This document shows positions 1 to 12,801 of a DNA stretch of 64,000 nucleotides, in pieces. The translations under genes were made by a program, and so were the position numbers. This DNA comes from Antedon mediterranea (Eukaryota > Animalia > Echinodermata), in contig NC_092670.1 in NCBI RefSeq assembly GCF_964355755.1, positions 5,942,201-6,006,200 on the forward strand. The letters are read 5' to 3'. The notes under the pieces are model-generated. The model did not search any database, had not been told where the DNA came from, and was given only the letters and a program-made list of their open reading frames with translations. Positions within the stretch are counted from its first letter, which is position 1. Each line of letters opens with the position of its first letter.

Positions 1-408
1 ATGGCAACGAAATATTGAGGCGCGTCCAAAATATGACTGCGGTAAATTTGAGCGAAGCGCAGGTACGTGTTGCTTGGTGCTTGGCAGCTGCCTAGGCCTA
101 GCGTAACATCAAAGCGAGTGAGGACTTTAAAAACTGCTATTTATCAAAATTGACTTGCCATTTTAGTAAATTACTTTCAATAAATCTATAATTATATTAT
201 AATTAATTATAATTAATTCCTGATTCAAATGCAAAATGTGCAAAATAGATCAAAAACTATACTCGTTTTTTAGTTACGAATATGACTGGTGATATTCGTC
301 AACACGAATACGCTTTACGAATATGAAATGGGGATCAGCTCAAAAGTTTCACAAATGTATGACGTATCCGTTTTCGTTATCGTATTCGTAATGTTGCGAA
401 ACCTCCCT
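1..408. mobile_element. Non-autonomous TIR DNA transposon (MITE), ISL2EU/Harbinger-like; left end cut by the window edge
   Basis: Near-identical to the complete copies at 12293-12801 and 41261-41768. Ends in ...cgtattcgtaatgttgcgaaacctccct|at. Its right flank differs and it lacks the internal agtaaattacttt duplication of the other two copies, so it is an independent insertion. Confidence 0.8.
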
Positions 409-1828
409 ATTATTAGCGAGTTAACGATATGGTTTAGTTAGTGTGGTTAGTATTATTTAGTGATTATGTCAAGTATTTAGGTTCAGTTCGCCATCATGGG
501 CCCAATCATCCATGTCTGACATCTCCAACCTACAACACGTAGAGAGTACACCAAAGCTTAGCCCATCGGTCTTTTCCACATTAAAATTAAGATAACAAAA
601 TGTATTGCTTTAAGGTTTGTCGTGTTGTATAATTATTTTGTTTTACTTTTTCTAAACTGGTTACAAAGTTGAATGACCTGTGTCACCTATATAAAATTAT
701 ATTATAACAAGGCCATATACATGGCTGCAGTCGCGTGCTCAAGTTAGTGTTTACCAACCAACCGACCGACATAGTGAGCTGTAGAGTCAAACATTGGTAT
801 AATAATTTACTTTCCGTACAATGTTATATAAAAGCCAAATCAAAAGTGTGGATTGAATGAACTGAAAGAACAATTATTACATTTTGTTAAATTTCTCAAT
901 ATTTTTCAATAGTTTTTTGTGTCAATTATACGATAATATTTATTGCCATATAAACAACATTCTAAATTGTGATAGGTTAAATTTAACATGCAATACAAAC
1001 AGTCAGGAGAAAAATGGCAAAATCATCACTTTTGTCATGTTACAAGTGTTGTGAAAAAAATATAGATTAACTGATAAAACTCCTAGAAAGTAGGAAACCT
1101 GCAAACTTACAAGTACAATATACTGTATACAAAATCGTGACAAGCTATTCTAAAGTGATTTTAAATTGAACTTTCAAACTTACTATTAAATGCATATAAT
1201 TATAAACAAAATTGTCTTTAAGGTTCAGTGTTTTGATTTAGAGTGATCAGTCTACCAGTTGTTAGTAATAGTTTAATATATGCTGTAGCTGTAAACATTA
1301 TACATATTTATGCAATGTAAAAAACCGTTTGATGAAAAAAATACTGTGCAAAATTTTTTTTAAGATGATTTCTTTACTTACATTTTTTTCTCCAACTGAA
1401 ACTTGATGGCGCAATTTGGTAGCAGTACCTGTATAGCATTTGGAAATTAGATCTTTCTTTTTGCTAATAAATACCATGTATAATTCTTATACTCTCGGAG
1501 AGCAATTGCTATATTAATAATGAATTTGTATTCACAAACTCGCGCTATTCTTAATTGAATCCGTTAACTTCACCCGGGCAATCACTAACAAAAGTTGACA
1601 TATTTTACGGATGAGAAAGTATTCTTCATTGAATAATTACGTCATTATATTATGTTCCTTCAATTTGTTTTTATGTTTTCATTCTTGCCATGGTTAATAG
1701 TTTCTATCCGGTCACCATGTAGGCATACACGAATCATAGTAAGAATAGGCGAAAGAGCAAACATAAGCTACACTCAAATTAAAAGGCTAACCAATGAGAT
1801 AAATAGCGAAAGCAGAGTTATGAACCAG

Positions 1829-2822
1829 TGGCCGTATTCACCAATCTCACTTAGGCTAAGGGAAATACTTACCCTTAAAATTTAAGAATTCCCTTAACAA
1901 AGGGAAACACTTAAGGGGTATTCACAAATGAGTTAAGGGATTTACTTACCTAAGGAAAACACTTAATGTAAGGGTAGAAATAATCATAAATATTCATGAG
2001 TTGTCCCATTGTCCAATCACAGAGGATTTAATTCCCCTATGGTCCAATCACTTTCCTCTCTAAAACTAATTTGCATATTTAAAAAAAGAGTAAGGGGTTG
2101 GGGGGACGGGGAGAATGAAGAGAAAAATGTATAGACGATGGCAGTCAAAACAAAAACAAATGAATATTAAACCTAGACTAATTTGTATGAGGATCAAGAA
2201 AAATAGGTCTAGCCTAGATGCTACTAACAAACCAACATTCTGTGTAGGCCTAAGCCTGTCTGTATTGAGGCATATGCATCCTAGGCCGGTTACTGGGCAG
2301 ACCAACAGGGGGCCTAGCACCTCTACCTAGCCTACTAGAATGGGGCTAATTTCTATTACAACGAAATGGGAAGCCATCTTCCACAAAGATAATGGCAGTC
2401 AAAACAAAACAAATAAATCAATATATAGGCATAGACTAATTTGTATGGGTGGGGATCAGCAAAAAAAGGTCTAGATGCTACTCAAACCAAACATGAATCC
2501 TAGGCTGGTTAGTGGGCAGACCAACAGGGGGCCTAGCATCTCTACCTAGCCTAGACTGGGGCCATCTACAAGTAGGCATAGTACTCGCACATACAGAATT
2601 GTCAGCACAACCAAGGTACTGAATAGTTAAGGGAACTTTTAAGGGACCTCTGAGGTCCCTTAAAAGTTAAGGGGAAAATAGACCAAGTTAAGGGTTTCCC
2701 TTAACCTTAAAACCCTTTGTGAATACCACTTAAGTGAAACCCTTAATATTTTCTTGATTTAAGGGAAATCCTTAGGATTTAAGGGAAATATCTCACTTAA
2801 GTGTGATTGGTGAATACGGCCA
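1829..2822. mobile_element. PIF/Harbinger-type MITE
   Basis: TIRs tggccgtattcaccaatctcactta / taagtgtgattggtgaatacggcca flanked by CAG and CTG (CWG-type target). Many subterminal taaggg/ccctta motifs. Internal direct repeat at about 2138-2345 vs 2392-2560. Confidence 0.8.
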
Positions 2823-2909
2823 CTGGAGTTTTCAGCTCAGACGTCTAAACATTCATGTATACCGGAGTTTCATCATTGATTTTTACAAGTAATATTTACA
2901 CAACATAAT

Positions 2910-3340
2910 TATTCATTCATTCACATTTATTCAGCAATATAAATATTTACATTACAAGGATTTTACAAAGACAAGTAATTGTAATCGTAAGACCCTTTAG
3001 AACAAAACAAACATTATCACAAAGAAAAAAAATATATAGGCAAAAGTATAAATACATATATTAGATGATTTATTATTTTTCTCACGACACATTTACAAAC
3101 AGTGAAACTAAATAATTACTCAGAAGAATGTCATAATCCAGTTTCTATTATAAACAGAATTATTACATTATCCTTGTCTTGATTAAGGACTTCATCGAAC
3201 ACATGCAGCATCAATAGTGCATTACTCGTATTTATAAGACCCATGAATAATAAGGTTACGAAAAAGAATATACTAGCCTTATGAAAACAATCTGACAAAG
3301 ACTTGTAGTAATAACTCATTTTAGTCTAGTAAAGATAATT
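2910..3340 (-). mobile_element. Degraded non-LTR retrotransposon 3' remnant
   Basis: Minus strand ends in aataaatgtgaatgaatgaat (polyA signal plus (TGAA)n tail). The upstream ORF 3131-3319 resembles a decayed LINE ORF2 C-terminus. Family not assignable. Confidence 0.3.
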
Positions 3341-3918
3341 AAATATTGGGCGAGCCTAGAACAAATATACAGTATTATGTTTGTTTGTCTGGTACTTAAA
3401 TTCACCAGAGAAAAAAAAATGAAATGTGTATTTTTTTATGTTCAATTAATTCTTGGCTCCATTAACGAATCACTAAAATAACAAATTTTATCAATTATAT
3501 ACAGTATATTATAAATAACTAGAAAAGTACAAACAAGATTAAATATATTGAGTATATAAATATACACAACACCCGGTGTTATTTGTTTAACAATTCTATT
3601 ATCTGAATAGATTCAATGATTTGGATTTTACTTGGAATAACTGCCTGGTACCATATATAAATGCACGTTATCTTTTAATACATTTTTATGGATGATTTAC
3701 ACAACGTTCAATTAAGTCAAATATTACCATGAATTAATAAAGTTGACTTTCCTATAGACATTATTTTGACATAGGCTCTATATTTTTACGGGGCCAATCT
3801 TCGTGTTCCTTTGTTTTAATTGTTTGATAAATAAATATATGTTTTCTTTTTTATTAGCCAATAACACATTTCTTGAGATCCTTGCCTACTCCATGAAAGG
3901 TCTTTTGATTCATAAGCA

Positions 3919-6900
3919 TCAGATGATATATGGATTGATAGTAGTAGAATACAACGGAAAAGGAACGGTATTTTCCTCCGTATTTTTGTCTGATCGACAG
4001 CGCCTTATGAATATAAAAAGCAAAATAACTTGTCAATATTTCACCAACTTTTCGTCAAATACACTCTATTAAGCTCTGTCTACACTATCAAACTAGTTTG
4101 AAAAAAGTGTGATGTGCACAAATATGGTAGTGATACTCCCAAATATAGTGATATGACATCATCATATCCATGGGCATATCACATTTTTTGTCACATAAAT
4201 AGATAGTGTAGAACTTTAGATAATATTCTTTGCAATTGTGATTAAGTTTAAATACATACCATATATATAGTCCTAAGACAAATAAAGCAATGATCAGTAC
4301 TGCCAACAAGCAAACTCCAATAACCATGAACACAGTGTTGGATTGAGAATCATCGTCCCCAATAGGAATGTTTTCTTTTGAATGAAGAGACATACTTGTG
4401 ATTTCTATCTGAATAGAAGTTCCAACGATCTCTTTTTCTTGTTCAATTGATGATTTCATAACTTCAGAGGAAATGTATTCTACAATGTAAATATACTAAT
4501 ACTAAATAACAATAATATAATTGTTTTAATTTTTTGTTTGTTTACCTGTTTCGTCCACTTTTTAAGTTTTGTACTACACAGAATTTAATTATTATTATTG
4601 TTGTCTGTTTCTGTTTAAATTGTTATTCTTTTTATTCACTTTTTTTGTTTTTCCTTTAACATTTATGCTTATTATCGATTGCTTAAATGTTACCACTGCT
4701 AGGCCTACGTTAACTGTGAAAACCTCCTTACCTATGGCTTGTGTACTGTCACTATATGTTTTTGTTGAATCAGATATAAATGAAATGCTCCCAGCATTGT
4801 CTTTAGTTGTAATATCTGTTGTAGACAGATCTGTAATTCCGGTGGATGTCAAAGGGTTCACTTCAGGTGTTGTTACTAGAAAATAAAATATTATTATTAT
4901 TATTATTATTATTATTGTTGTTTGTTTCTGTTTAATTTGTTATTCTTTTCATTCACTTTTTTATTTTGCCTTTAACATTTATGATTATTATCGAATATTT
5001 AATGTTACCACCGGTAGGCCTACGTTGACCTCGACAATATCTTACCTATGGCTGGTGTACTGTCAGGGGTTAAAGGTGATTCACTATATGTTTCTGTTGA
5101 ACCTGATTTGAATGAAGTGCTCCCAGCATTGTCTTTAGTTTTAATATCTGATGCAAACAGATCTGTAAATTCGGTGGATGTCAAATGATTCTCTTCAGTT
5201 GTTGTTACTAGAAAATAAAATACTTTATGTCACTATTCGAATCAGATGGCGTCGGTTCACTTTCACTTAACTTTCTGATATTCCATAGATGTTTGCTCGT
5301 TATTTGGTAGGCCTACATTAGTCTTTCCAGTCGTACTTTCTTTTTTTAGACACAGACGAAGTTGAGTCAATCTTTGACAACTTAACAGTGAAAACATCCT
5401 TACCTATGGCTTGTGTACTGTCACTATATGTTTTAGTTGAACCTGATTTGAATGAAGTGCTCCCAGCATTGTCTTTAGTTTTAATATCTGTTGCAGACAG
5501 ATCTGTAAATCCGGTGGATGTCAAATGGTTCACTTCAGTTGTTACTAGAAAATAAAATACTTTAGTTAAGCTAAGATAGGCCTAGTCTTGTTTTTCTAAT
5601 TGCTCTGATCGAGCTGAAACTTGGCAAAAACAATCTAATCCTGAAGATAAGGTGAGTTTGAATATGATTACAAGAAGGACACTCCCATAATCATGCAATG
5701 TCAAAGGTCAAGGAAAAAAAAATCAAAACCGAATCTATTGATGAATAGTATGGTTCATGGAGTGTTGAAATAATAGGGTCAAAGGTCACATCACGCATAT
5801 GACAGGATTTATGTTCTATTGAACATAGTATCTAGTTATTTATTTTGTTTAGTAAAAAATCAATAATTAAATAACATGAAATAATATAAGAATGTATAAA
5901 ATGACATATAACGTGCTATAAAATGAATTTACATTACAAGAATTGTCATTCAAATTATAAAAAGTCAAAAGGAAAATCATTTATTTGGAATTGATAGTTA
6001 ATTATACATTTTTAATTTATTTTTAACTTATTCAATTGTATTAGCTACCGATGCCATATCCGCACAAACAGACATTTCTCGTATCTAGGTTGTTAAATAG
6101 CAATCATGATTATTGTTGTTAATAACGACAAACTAACTAGACACGATGTCGAAATCAAGTACATATTTCAAACCGTTTAAAATCAAAAAGATGTAGCTTA
6201 CCATAACATGGTGGAAAACCAGTCGATGAGGTCGTATTACCGTCACAAGGTAAAAGAGAATCTGAAAAAAAGGAATAAACTCCAATTTTTTAAATAGTAT
6301 GAATGTTATTTATTTATTTTTTTTTATTATTCCATTCGCTGTTCTCGGTCAATCTTCGACGTAAATGACTGCAACAAAGGCAAAGCAAAACAAACATTTA
6401 AAAGGCACAAATATAAATATTTACACAATGCATTACAGAACCTTATCCACCCAAAATGCATATACCATTTTATAAATCTTAGCGTTCAGAGAAAACCCTT
6501 TTTAGGGCAAATCGTTTAACCAAAATAATCGTTATCAATTATCTAACAGTTACGTTATGTGTTTAAAATCAGTATCGAAAGTATGTACCAACTTCCTATT
6601 CAATAAAGATTCTTGAAGTTAAGCGCGATTTACCGAATTTTGCCGCTACGTCAATTTATATATGTATTGTTTTGAATTAACAACTTAAACCTTATGACAT
6701 CTTATTTCAATTCATTTCCGGATTGTTGTATATGAAGTTGAATATGCTGTTATCCTCAACTGGAAAAGGAGAGGTAACAAATATTTTTTTAGCATAAATG
6801 CATGATTACCTGTGCAGTAGCCCATTGACGTCCCCGGAGTGTCAATAAGATAATAAACAAAATATGTATCATCGTCCTCAGTTGAACATGCTTTTATGCA

Positions 6901-7827
6901 AAGATCTATCGAATATCCACATGCCCCTGTAAATGTTGGTACGCAGCCAGTGACGGTTTTCACCTCGTCCCCGAGTGCTGGATATGTACCTATATATAGT
7001 TGAAATAGTTAATTATGTTAATCGCTTTAATTTGATTAAAAACCGGGGAAATTCATATTAATCTGATGTTCATACATACATATCTTTGTAAAGCTATAAT
7101 TATTTATTTGAGGGGAATCGTGAATTAAAATTAATCTGTAGGTCCATGTCATGTATGCACTATATAAATGATCTGTAAATGTTGTAAAAAATTATCAACA
7201 AACCATCAATCCAAACTGGATATACAGTTCCACATTTAAACAGTCCTGGTGATGAGGTTGGCATTCTTATATCTATCCTATTACCCTCATTTCTCAGCTT
7301 ATACCAGCCATCTATTATAAAGTCATCAGATATTATCAACCCAGGCTCTGTGTCATATCGAATGCTACGATGCCAGTCTGTAAGCACAAGGTTAGTATCA
7401 CATGGGTCACCCTCAGTTGTAAGGCAGTCTTCATTCCCTGTGTACAATAAACAATGAATTATAAATTTTAATAGAAATAATAATATATTACAAAACATTT
7501 GTAAAAAAACTTTTTGTAATTCTACGGTGTAAATATAATATTGGCCCACTACATAATTATTGTTAATGAAAGAATAGCTATTTACGATTTACCGGGGTTT
7601 TTTCTCTGTAGCTGTAATAGATCTACACTAGTTAAAAATGTTAAGCCCGTGCGTGTTAAAGTTATTTTACCCTGGCGTTATTGTCCAAAATGGAAGTTAT
7701 ATCATGTTCTGGCAAATGAGTTGAAACTCAAATTAAACCTAATTTTTTAATAATAAATCAAAAATACTGTACCATTAATACAAATAACAATAGATAAAAT
7801 CCAAGTCAATTTTGAAAATATAAACAT
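3919..7827 (-). CDS. Gene A: truncated VWDE-like paralog (signal peptide, D8C-like domain, 3 mucin repeats, TM, short tail), about 426 aa
   Basis: Predicted exons with GT-AG sites and consistent phases: 7827-7773 (MFIFSKLTWILSIVICING, signal peptide), 7437-7204 (GNEDC...DGWYKL...MPTSSPGLFKCGTVYPVWIDG), 6989-6810 (...YFVYYLIDTPGTSMGYCTG), 6261-6202, mucin exons 5544-5404, 5207-5046 and 4875-4732, TM exon 4479-4260 (VFMVIGVCLLAVLIIALFVLGLYIW), and 4003-3919 (stop). Total 1281 nt. The N-terminal exons match the Cys/Trp pattern of the UMOD/GP2/OIT3 D8C domain found in VWDE. Confidence 0.75.
4586..5565 (-). repeat. Three tandem ~330-bp exon-plus-intron units (Ser/Thr-rich mucin exon triplication)
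   Basis: Each unit has acceptor ttttattttctag|taacaac, core GACAATGCTGGGAGCA and donor GCCATAG|gtaag. Intron parts 4586-4720 and 4900-5025 also align. Confidence 0.85.
6490..6664 (-). mobile_element. 5' fragment of the non-autonomous Helitron-like family seen at 33669-36757
   Basis: gcgcgatttaccgaattttgcc...aatttatatat and ggggcaaatcgtt-like motifs match 36550-36757. Confidence 0.6.
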
Positions 7828-9790
7828 TCTGTATACAAGTTGGTAATTACGTAATACAGTTTCCAATTATAGCGTTTAATGAATCACTTTAAACTGGTAC
7901 CTCAAAGTACACTGCAATAAGATTATTCAACTTGTAGCCTTACTTATTGTTATCAACAATATTTCTCTTTCGGTTTCTGTAAAAATGTCATAGAATAGTA
8001 TTATGAACACATAATAACCTTCTCGAAGAAGTGAATAATTGTTTTAAAAAAATATTATGTTTTGATTTGTTGAAGAATCAACTTTAAAAAGGAAATTTCC
8101 CGTACAAGTACCCGTGTACTATAGAATCTGATATGGATGATAGTCTCTATTGAATTCTCTGCTGAATTAATAGTTTTGCTAACAAAAGCAGATTTTAGCA
8201 CATTACCTTGCTTCGGTATCTGGGTACTAGGATAATGATAATAATAATCTATTCAAATACTTTGTGTAAATTCCAATATAACTTTATTTGTCAGTGATTT
8301 GTAAATTACGAGTTAGAATGCGTTTACTATAAATAACTAAAAGAAAAACAACTCTTTAAAAAAAACAATGACGTTTCGACTCCAGCATTTGGTCATTCTT
8401 AAGCTCAATTATAGATTATATAACAATCCATATATGATATGTAAACAAATCAATGGCCAAAGTTTAAAGTAACGATATACCAATTATTACATTTTAATTA
8501 AAAGATGTTTACAATATAACTTTATACAAAAACAAGATCAACTGTAAATTTCGCTGTGACGGTTTCAGTTTTTTTATACCTTTACTTAAAAAATCACATT
8601 TGGATTTGAACTTTTATACAAATAACTGTATCAGTAGGCTGTTACTGATAGCATGGTTTTTAAGTGATCACATATGATATGTAAATTTTGAAAATATAAA
8701 CATTTGTTTGTATACAAGTTGGTACTTGTGTTATTTTGCACATGTAACTGTTGCACCTGATGAAAAATTGCGTAATACAGTTTCCAATTATAACGTTCAA
8801 TGAATCACTTTCAACTGGTACCTCATAATAAAGTGCAATAAGATTATTTAACATTGTAGCTTTACTTATTGTTATCAACAATACCTATAGTTTTCTCTGT
8901 TTTGTAAAAATATTCTAGCAACGTCTTTAAATACATGGATTATCGATATCAATACGGTAAAGTTAATAATAGTGTTACGTATTCAAACGGAAGTTTTTTA
9001 AATATATATTATGTAGTGATTTGTTGAAGAAGAATAAGAAGAATCAACTGAAAATTCCCGTATAAGTACCTGTGCACAAAGAATATGATATGAACAAAAA
9101 CATTGCGATGGTCTCGAATTGAATTCTCTGCTGAAATAATGGATTTTGCTAACAAAAGCAGATTTTATATTAATAATAATCTATTCAAATACTTGTGGAA
9201 AATCCAAGATAAATGTATTTGTCAATGATTTGTAAATTACGAGTTAGAACGCATTTACTATAAATAACTAAAAAGAAAAACAACTCTTTAAAAAAACATG
9301 ACTCTTAAAAACAAGATCAATAGTTCTTATATTCATTGGTAAACAAGTTCTCTTTGATTTGTTGTTGCTAAGTGACAGTTTCAATTGTTTGATACAATAA
9401 AATAGTTAAACAATCAAATTTGGATTTGTACTTTTGTACTGTCCTGTATAAGAAAGAATATGATATGAACTAAAACATTGCGATGGTCTCTAATTGAATT
9501 CTCTGCTGAAATAATAGATTTTGCTAAGAAAAGCAGATTTTATATTAATAATAATCTATTCAAATACTTGTGGAAAATCCAAGATTAATGTATTTGTCAG
9601 TGATTTGTAAATTACGAGTGCGTTTACTACAAATAACTAAAAGAAAAATAACTCTTTAAAAAAGAATGACGTTTCGATAGTTTTAACTATTTAAACAATG
9701 AATGGTCAAAGTTTGAAGTAACATTATAGCAATTATTACATGTTAATTAAAAGACGTTTACAATACAACTTTAAAAAACAAGATCAACAA
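7800..9790. repeat. Local duplications upstream of gene A (duplicated promoter/exon-1 start and three copies of a ~300-500 bp unit)
   Basis: 7808-7962 is repeated at about 8684-8882, including an ATG TTT ATA TTT TCA AAA start that soon hits a stop. The unit ttgaattctctgctgaa...ttttgctaa.aaaagcagattt...aataataatctattcaaatact recurs at about 8150, 9120 and 9494. Confidence 0.75.
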
Positions 9791-10049
9791 GGTCTTTAAT
9801 TGGTAGAATTGTGTACTAAGCATGATCAATCAAATTATTAATCAAATTAATCTAACCCTAATTGTTTACTGTGCATTATTTTCTTGTCACATAATTTGCT
9901 CATTTGTTTTTGAAGATTAATATTTTGTTCTGAAACATCGATATTTCTTTATTTCATATTTTTATTTTATTTATGTTATGTCTTTATTGCACATGTGGCC
10001 AAGGATTACCAAGAGTATATTAATCACTGTCCTATCAGATAGCTGGTAA

Positions 10050-10265
10050 TCCCCCTGTTCCCGGGCTATTTTGTGAACCAATTCAACGGGTAACCCCCTA
10101 CTCGTCTCGAATAATAGTGCTCACTGGTTATTTTGATCACTGGACTTATGGTTTAGAGTCCTTATCCGATAAGATTTTTTCACCAACTGAACTAGGAGCG
10201 AGCCGATATTGTTGGCTCTTGGATACGGTAAACGGTACCCCTGCCTTAAACGCTCGGCCATTTAA
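10050..10265 (-). mobile_element. tRNA-derived SINE with Deu/Nin-type central domain (degenerate)
   Basis: Minus strand has A-box-like tggccgagcgtttaaggc and degenerate B-box ggctcgctcc. It then reads tcggataaggactctaaaccataagtcc...cactattattcgagacgagtagggg, which resembles the Deu/Nin SINE core as recalled (not searched). Confidence 0.55.
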
Positions 10266-12292
10266 CTCGCCATATCACATACTATGTTAAAGAAAGATCC
10301 TATATTTTACCATAGAGATATATCGCTATGCTTTTACAGAGTCACATTGTTTATTAGTGTACTATTGTTTTAATTGTCTAGAATTCAACTTTTACTCCAA
10401 TAAAGCAAGCAGTCAAAACGACGCTTATGATATAAAAAAAAGAATTATTACATTTATAGAGGGCGACCTATATTTTTCCTTCATTTTTCATTTATTTCGC
10501 GATTTTAAACGGTAGTAGTACACGACAGTGTTTTATTATGTTGTTAACACTAATGCAATTAATGAATGTCAATATATTGTATTAATAAAAGCAGTTTAAG
10601 GATGGGGTGGATAATAGAAAAAAAATAAAAATGGATTTTGGTTTGCCTGTCAAAATGTTTACAGTTACGCCACATTAACCCAAGCAGTCTATTGCACTTG
10701 TCGACAAGATAATCAATATAAAAAAAATAATCATAGGATTAGGAATGCCGTGTTGTCAGTAGCCAGCGTTTAAGTTCACCATGACTTAATTCTGCCATTT
10801 TAGGCCCTGGGCTCCCTATATCAAAATACTGGATCCTACACTGATATTGTCGCAAACAGTGAAGCGTAATATCATTTTAACACTAGTTATTATCCACTCC
10901 ACTTCTGTGATGAAACCAATAAATATATCAAAAACATTTCAGAAGTGAATCTTGGAAGAATATGATTCCTTTGCCATTTACATCTCCATAAAAAGTTAAT
11001 ACAAAAAGCTACGCAATTTATCTGTTATAACTTTTAATATTTATTGTTATAAATCTGCGTAATACAGCATTGACATGTAGGAGTGTTACTCCAAGAAAAC
11101 AATCTTTAACAAGTTATGCTATGCTTCTAAATTATTTCTGGCACTTCGTTAGGGCAAATTCTTATCAGAATTACTTAAATTCATCAATGTTCATAATAGT
11201 AATGCCAGCACAGTATGTCTAATTGCATAGAAGGTAAAATTAACTTCAATACTCAATCACAATTAATATAACGTTATTTTCTGTCATTTAACTTACAAAA
11301 CAAATAATTGACAAAAAATGACTTGTGCCATTCAAATTATTTTATTTCCTTTTTTAAATAACTGCAAAATAGAAAAACCGTAAACTTAATTAAGAATTTA
11401 AACAATTTCCGCCCTCATTTAGGTGAATAACTATAACAAAGGTTCTGTGTATTATATTGAATCAATTTTAATATTCTATGTATAATATAAAGAAACATAA
11501 TAACATTTTACAACTTTTGATAGGCACATTCTATGTTGTAAACCTTCTATCGTATTAATAATGTATGAGTGTATTATTTTAATAATATGTATCTGTAAAA
11601 TAGAAAATCATTTGGAATTCATTTAGTTCTTAACTTAATGATAATGTTAGTTCAATTTCAAAACATGTTACAATATTTATTAATTAATAACAAACTTTAT
11701 TGATAATAATCATAATTTGCAAATTAAAAAATAAAACTTAAATGAGAAAGTTATGCTGAAAGTTTTCGCCCTCGTTTAGACGAATAGTTATATCAAAAAC
11801 AAATACAACGCTAAGGTTATGTGTATTGGATCAACTCAGTATATAAAACAAACATAACAATATTTAATAACTATTCCATGTTGTAGAACACATACACGAG
11901 TGTAAATTATTTTAATGATAATGAATAATAATAATTTAGTTAAAAAGCAATTGTTAAAACTATTGTACTGCATTAGTTAGCTTGTATATTGTTTGACCTC
12001 CTAACTGATTGGATGAAATAGATAGTATTCAAATGAGTTGTTTTTGTTTTGTTTTTTTTGCAACGGTCCAAATGATTAAATAAAACCTCGAGTGCGCCGC
12101 GTATGACTCCTGTGCCCAACTCTATCTGTCAGGTCAACATTGGCAGATGGAAACGACAGATACATTGAATATAGAATGTTTTCTTTAGAACAAGAAGTAG
12201 ATGTGTTTGATGTTTGATCCATGACATATTCGCAGCGAATAGAACAAGGTCTACTATTCAGACAATGATAGTAATTGCGGCTTGATTATAAT

Positions 12293-12801
12293 AGAGAGGT
12301 TTCGCACTCTTACGAATACGATAACGAAAACGGATACGTCACGCACACGTATTCGTTTTCGTAAGCCATAACAAAATCTGTTTCGCATGGCAACGAAATA
12401 TTGAGGCGCGTCCAAAATGTGACTGCGGTAAATTTGAGCGAAGCGCAGGTACGTGTTGCTTGGTGCTTGGCTGCCTAGGCCTAGCGTAACATCAAAGCGA
12501 GTGAGGACTTTAAAAACTGCTATTTATCAAAATTGACTTGGCATTTTAGTAAATTACTTTAGTAAATTACTTTCAATAAATCTATAATTATATTATAATC
12601 ATGAATCATTCCTGATTCAAATGCAAAATGTGCAAAATAGATCAAAACCTATAGTCGTTTTGTAGTTACGAATATGACTGGTGATATTCGTCAACACGAA
12701 TACGGTTTACGAATATGAAATGGGGATCAGCTCAAAAGTTTCTCAAAATGTGTGACGTATCCGTTTTCGTTATCGTATTCGTAAGGTTGCGAAACCTCTC
12801 T
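12293..12801. mobile_element. MITE, ISL2EU/Harbinger-like
   Basis: About 50-bp TIRs agagaggtttcgca.tcttacgaatacgataacgaaaacggatacgtca and its reverse complement, flanked by AT on both sides. No coding capacity. Confidence 0.85.

Noticed and set aside
430-800. Possible SINE (tagtgtggttagt…ggttcagttc) and a short ccgaccgac repeat element
   Set aside because: Too degenerate to support without a repeat library.
4546-4573. 28-nt candidate exon in gene A (remnant of B/C exon 19)
   Set aside because: Inclusion would shift the frame before the TM exon. It was left out of the model as a probable relic.
4586-5565. Regularly spaced repeats as a CRISPR-like array
   Set aside because: The units are about 330 bp, encode Ser/Thr-rich exons with splice sites, and have no short-repeat/unique-spacer structure.
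8365-8410. Second hammerhead-like motif (CTTAAGA…gac/gtc…GAAACGTC on the minus strand); weaker one near 43810-43860
   Set aside because: The core CUGA is mutated and stem I does not pair, so it is at most a dead Penelope remnant.
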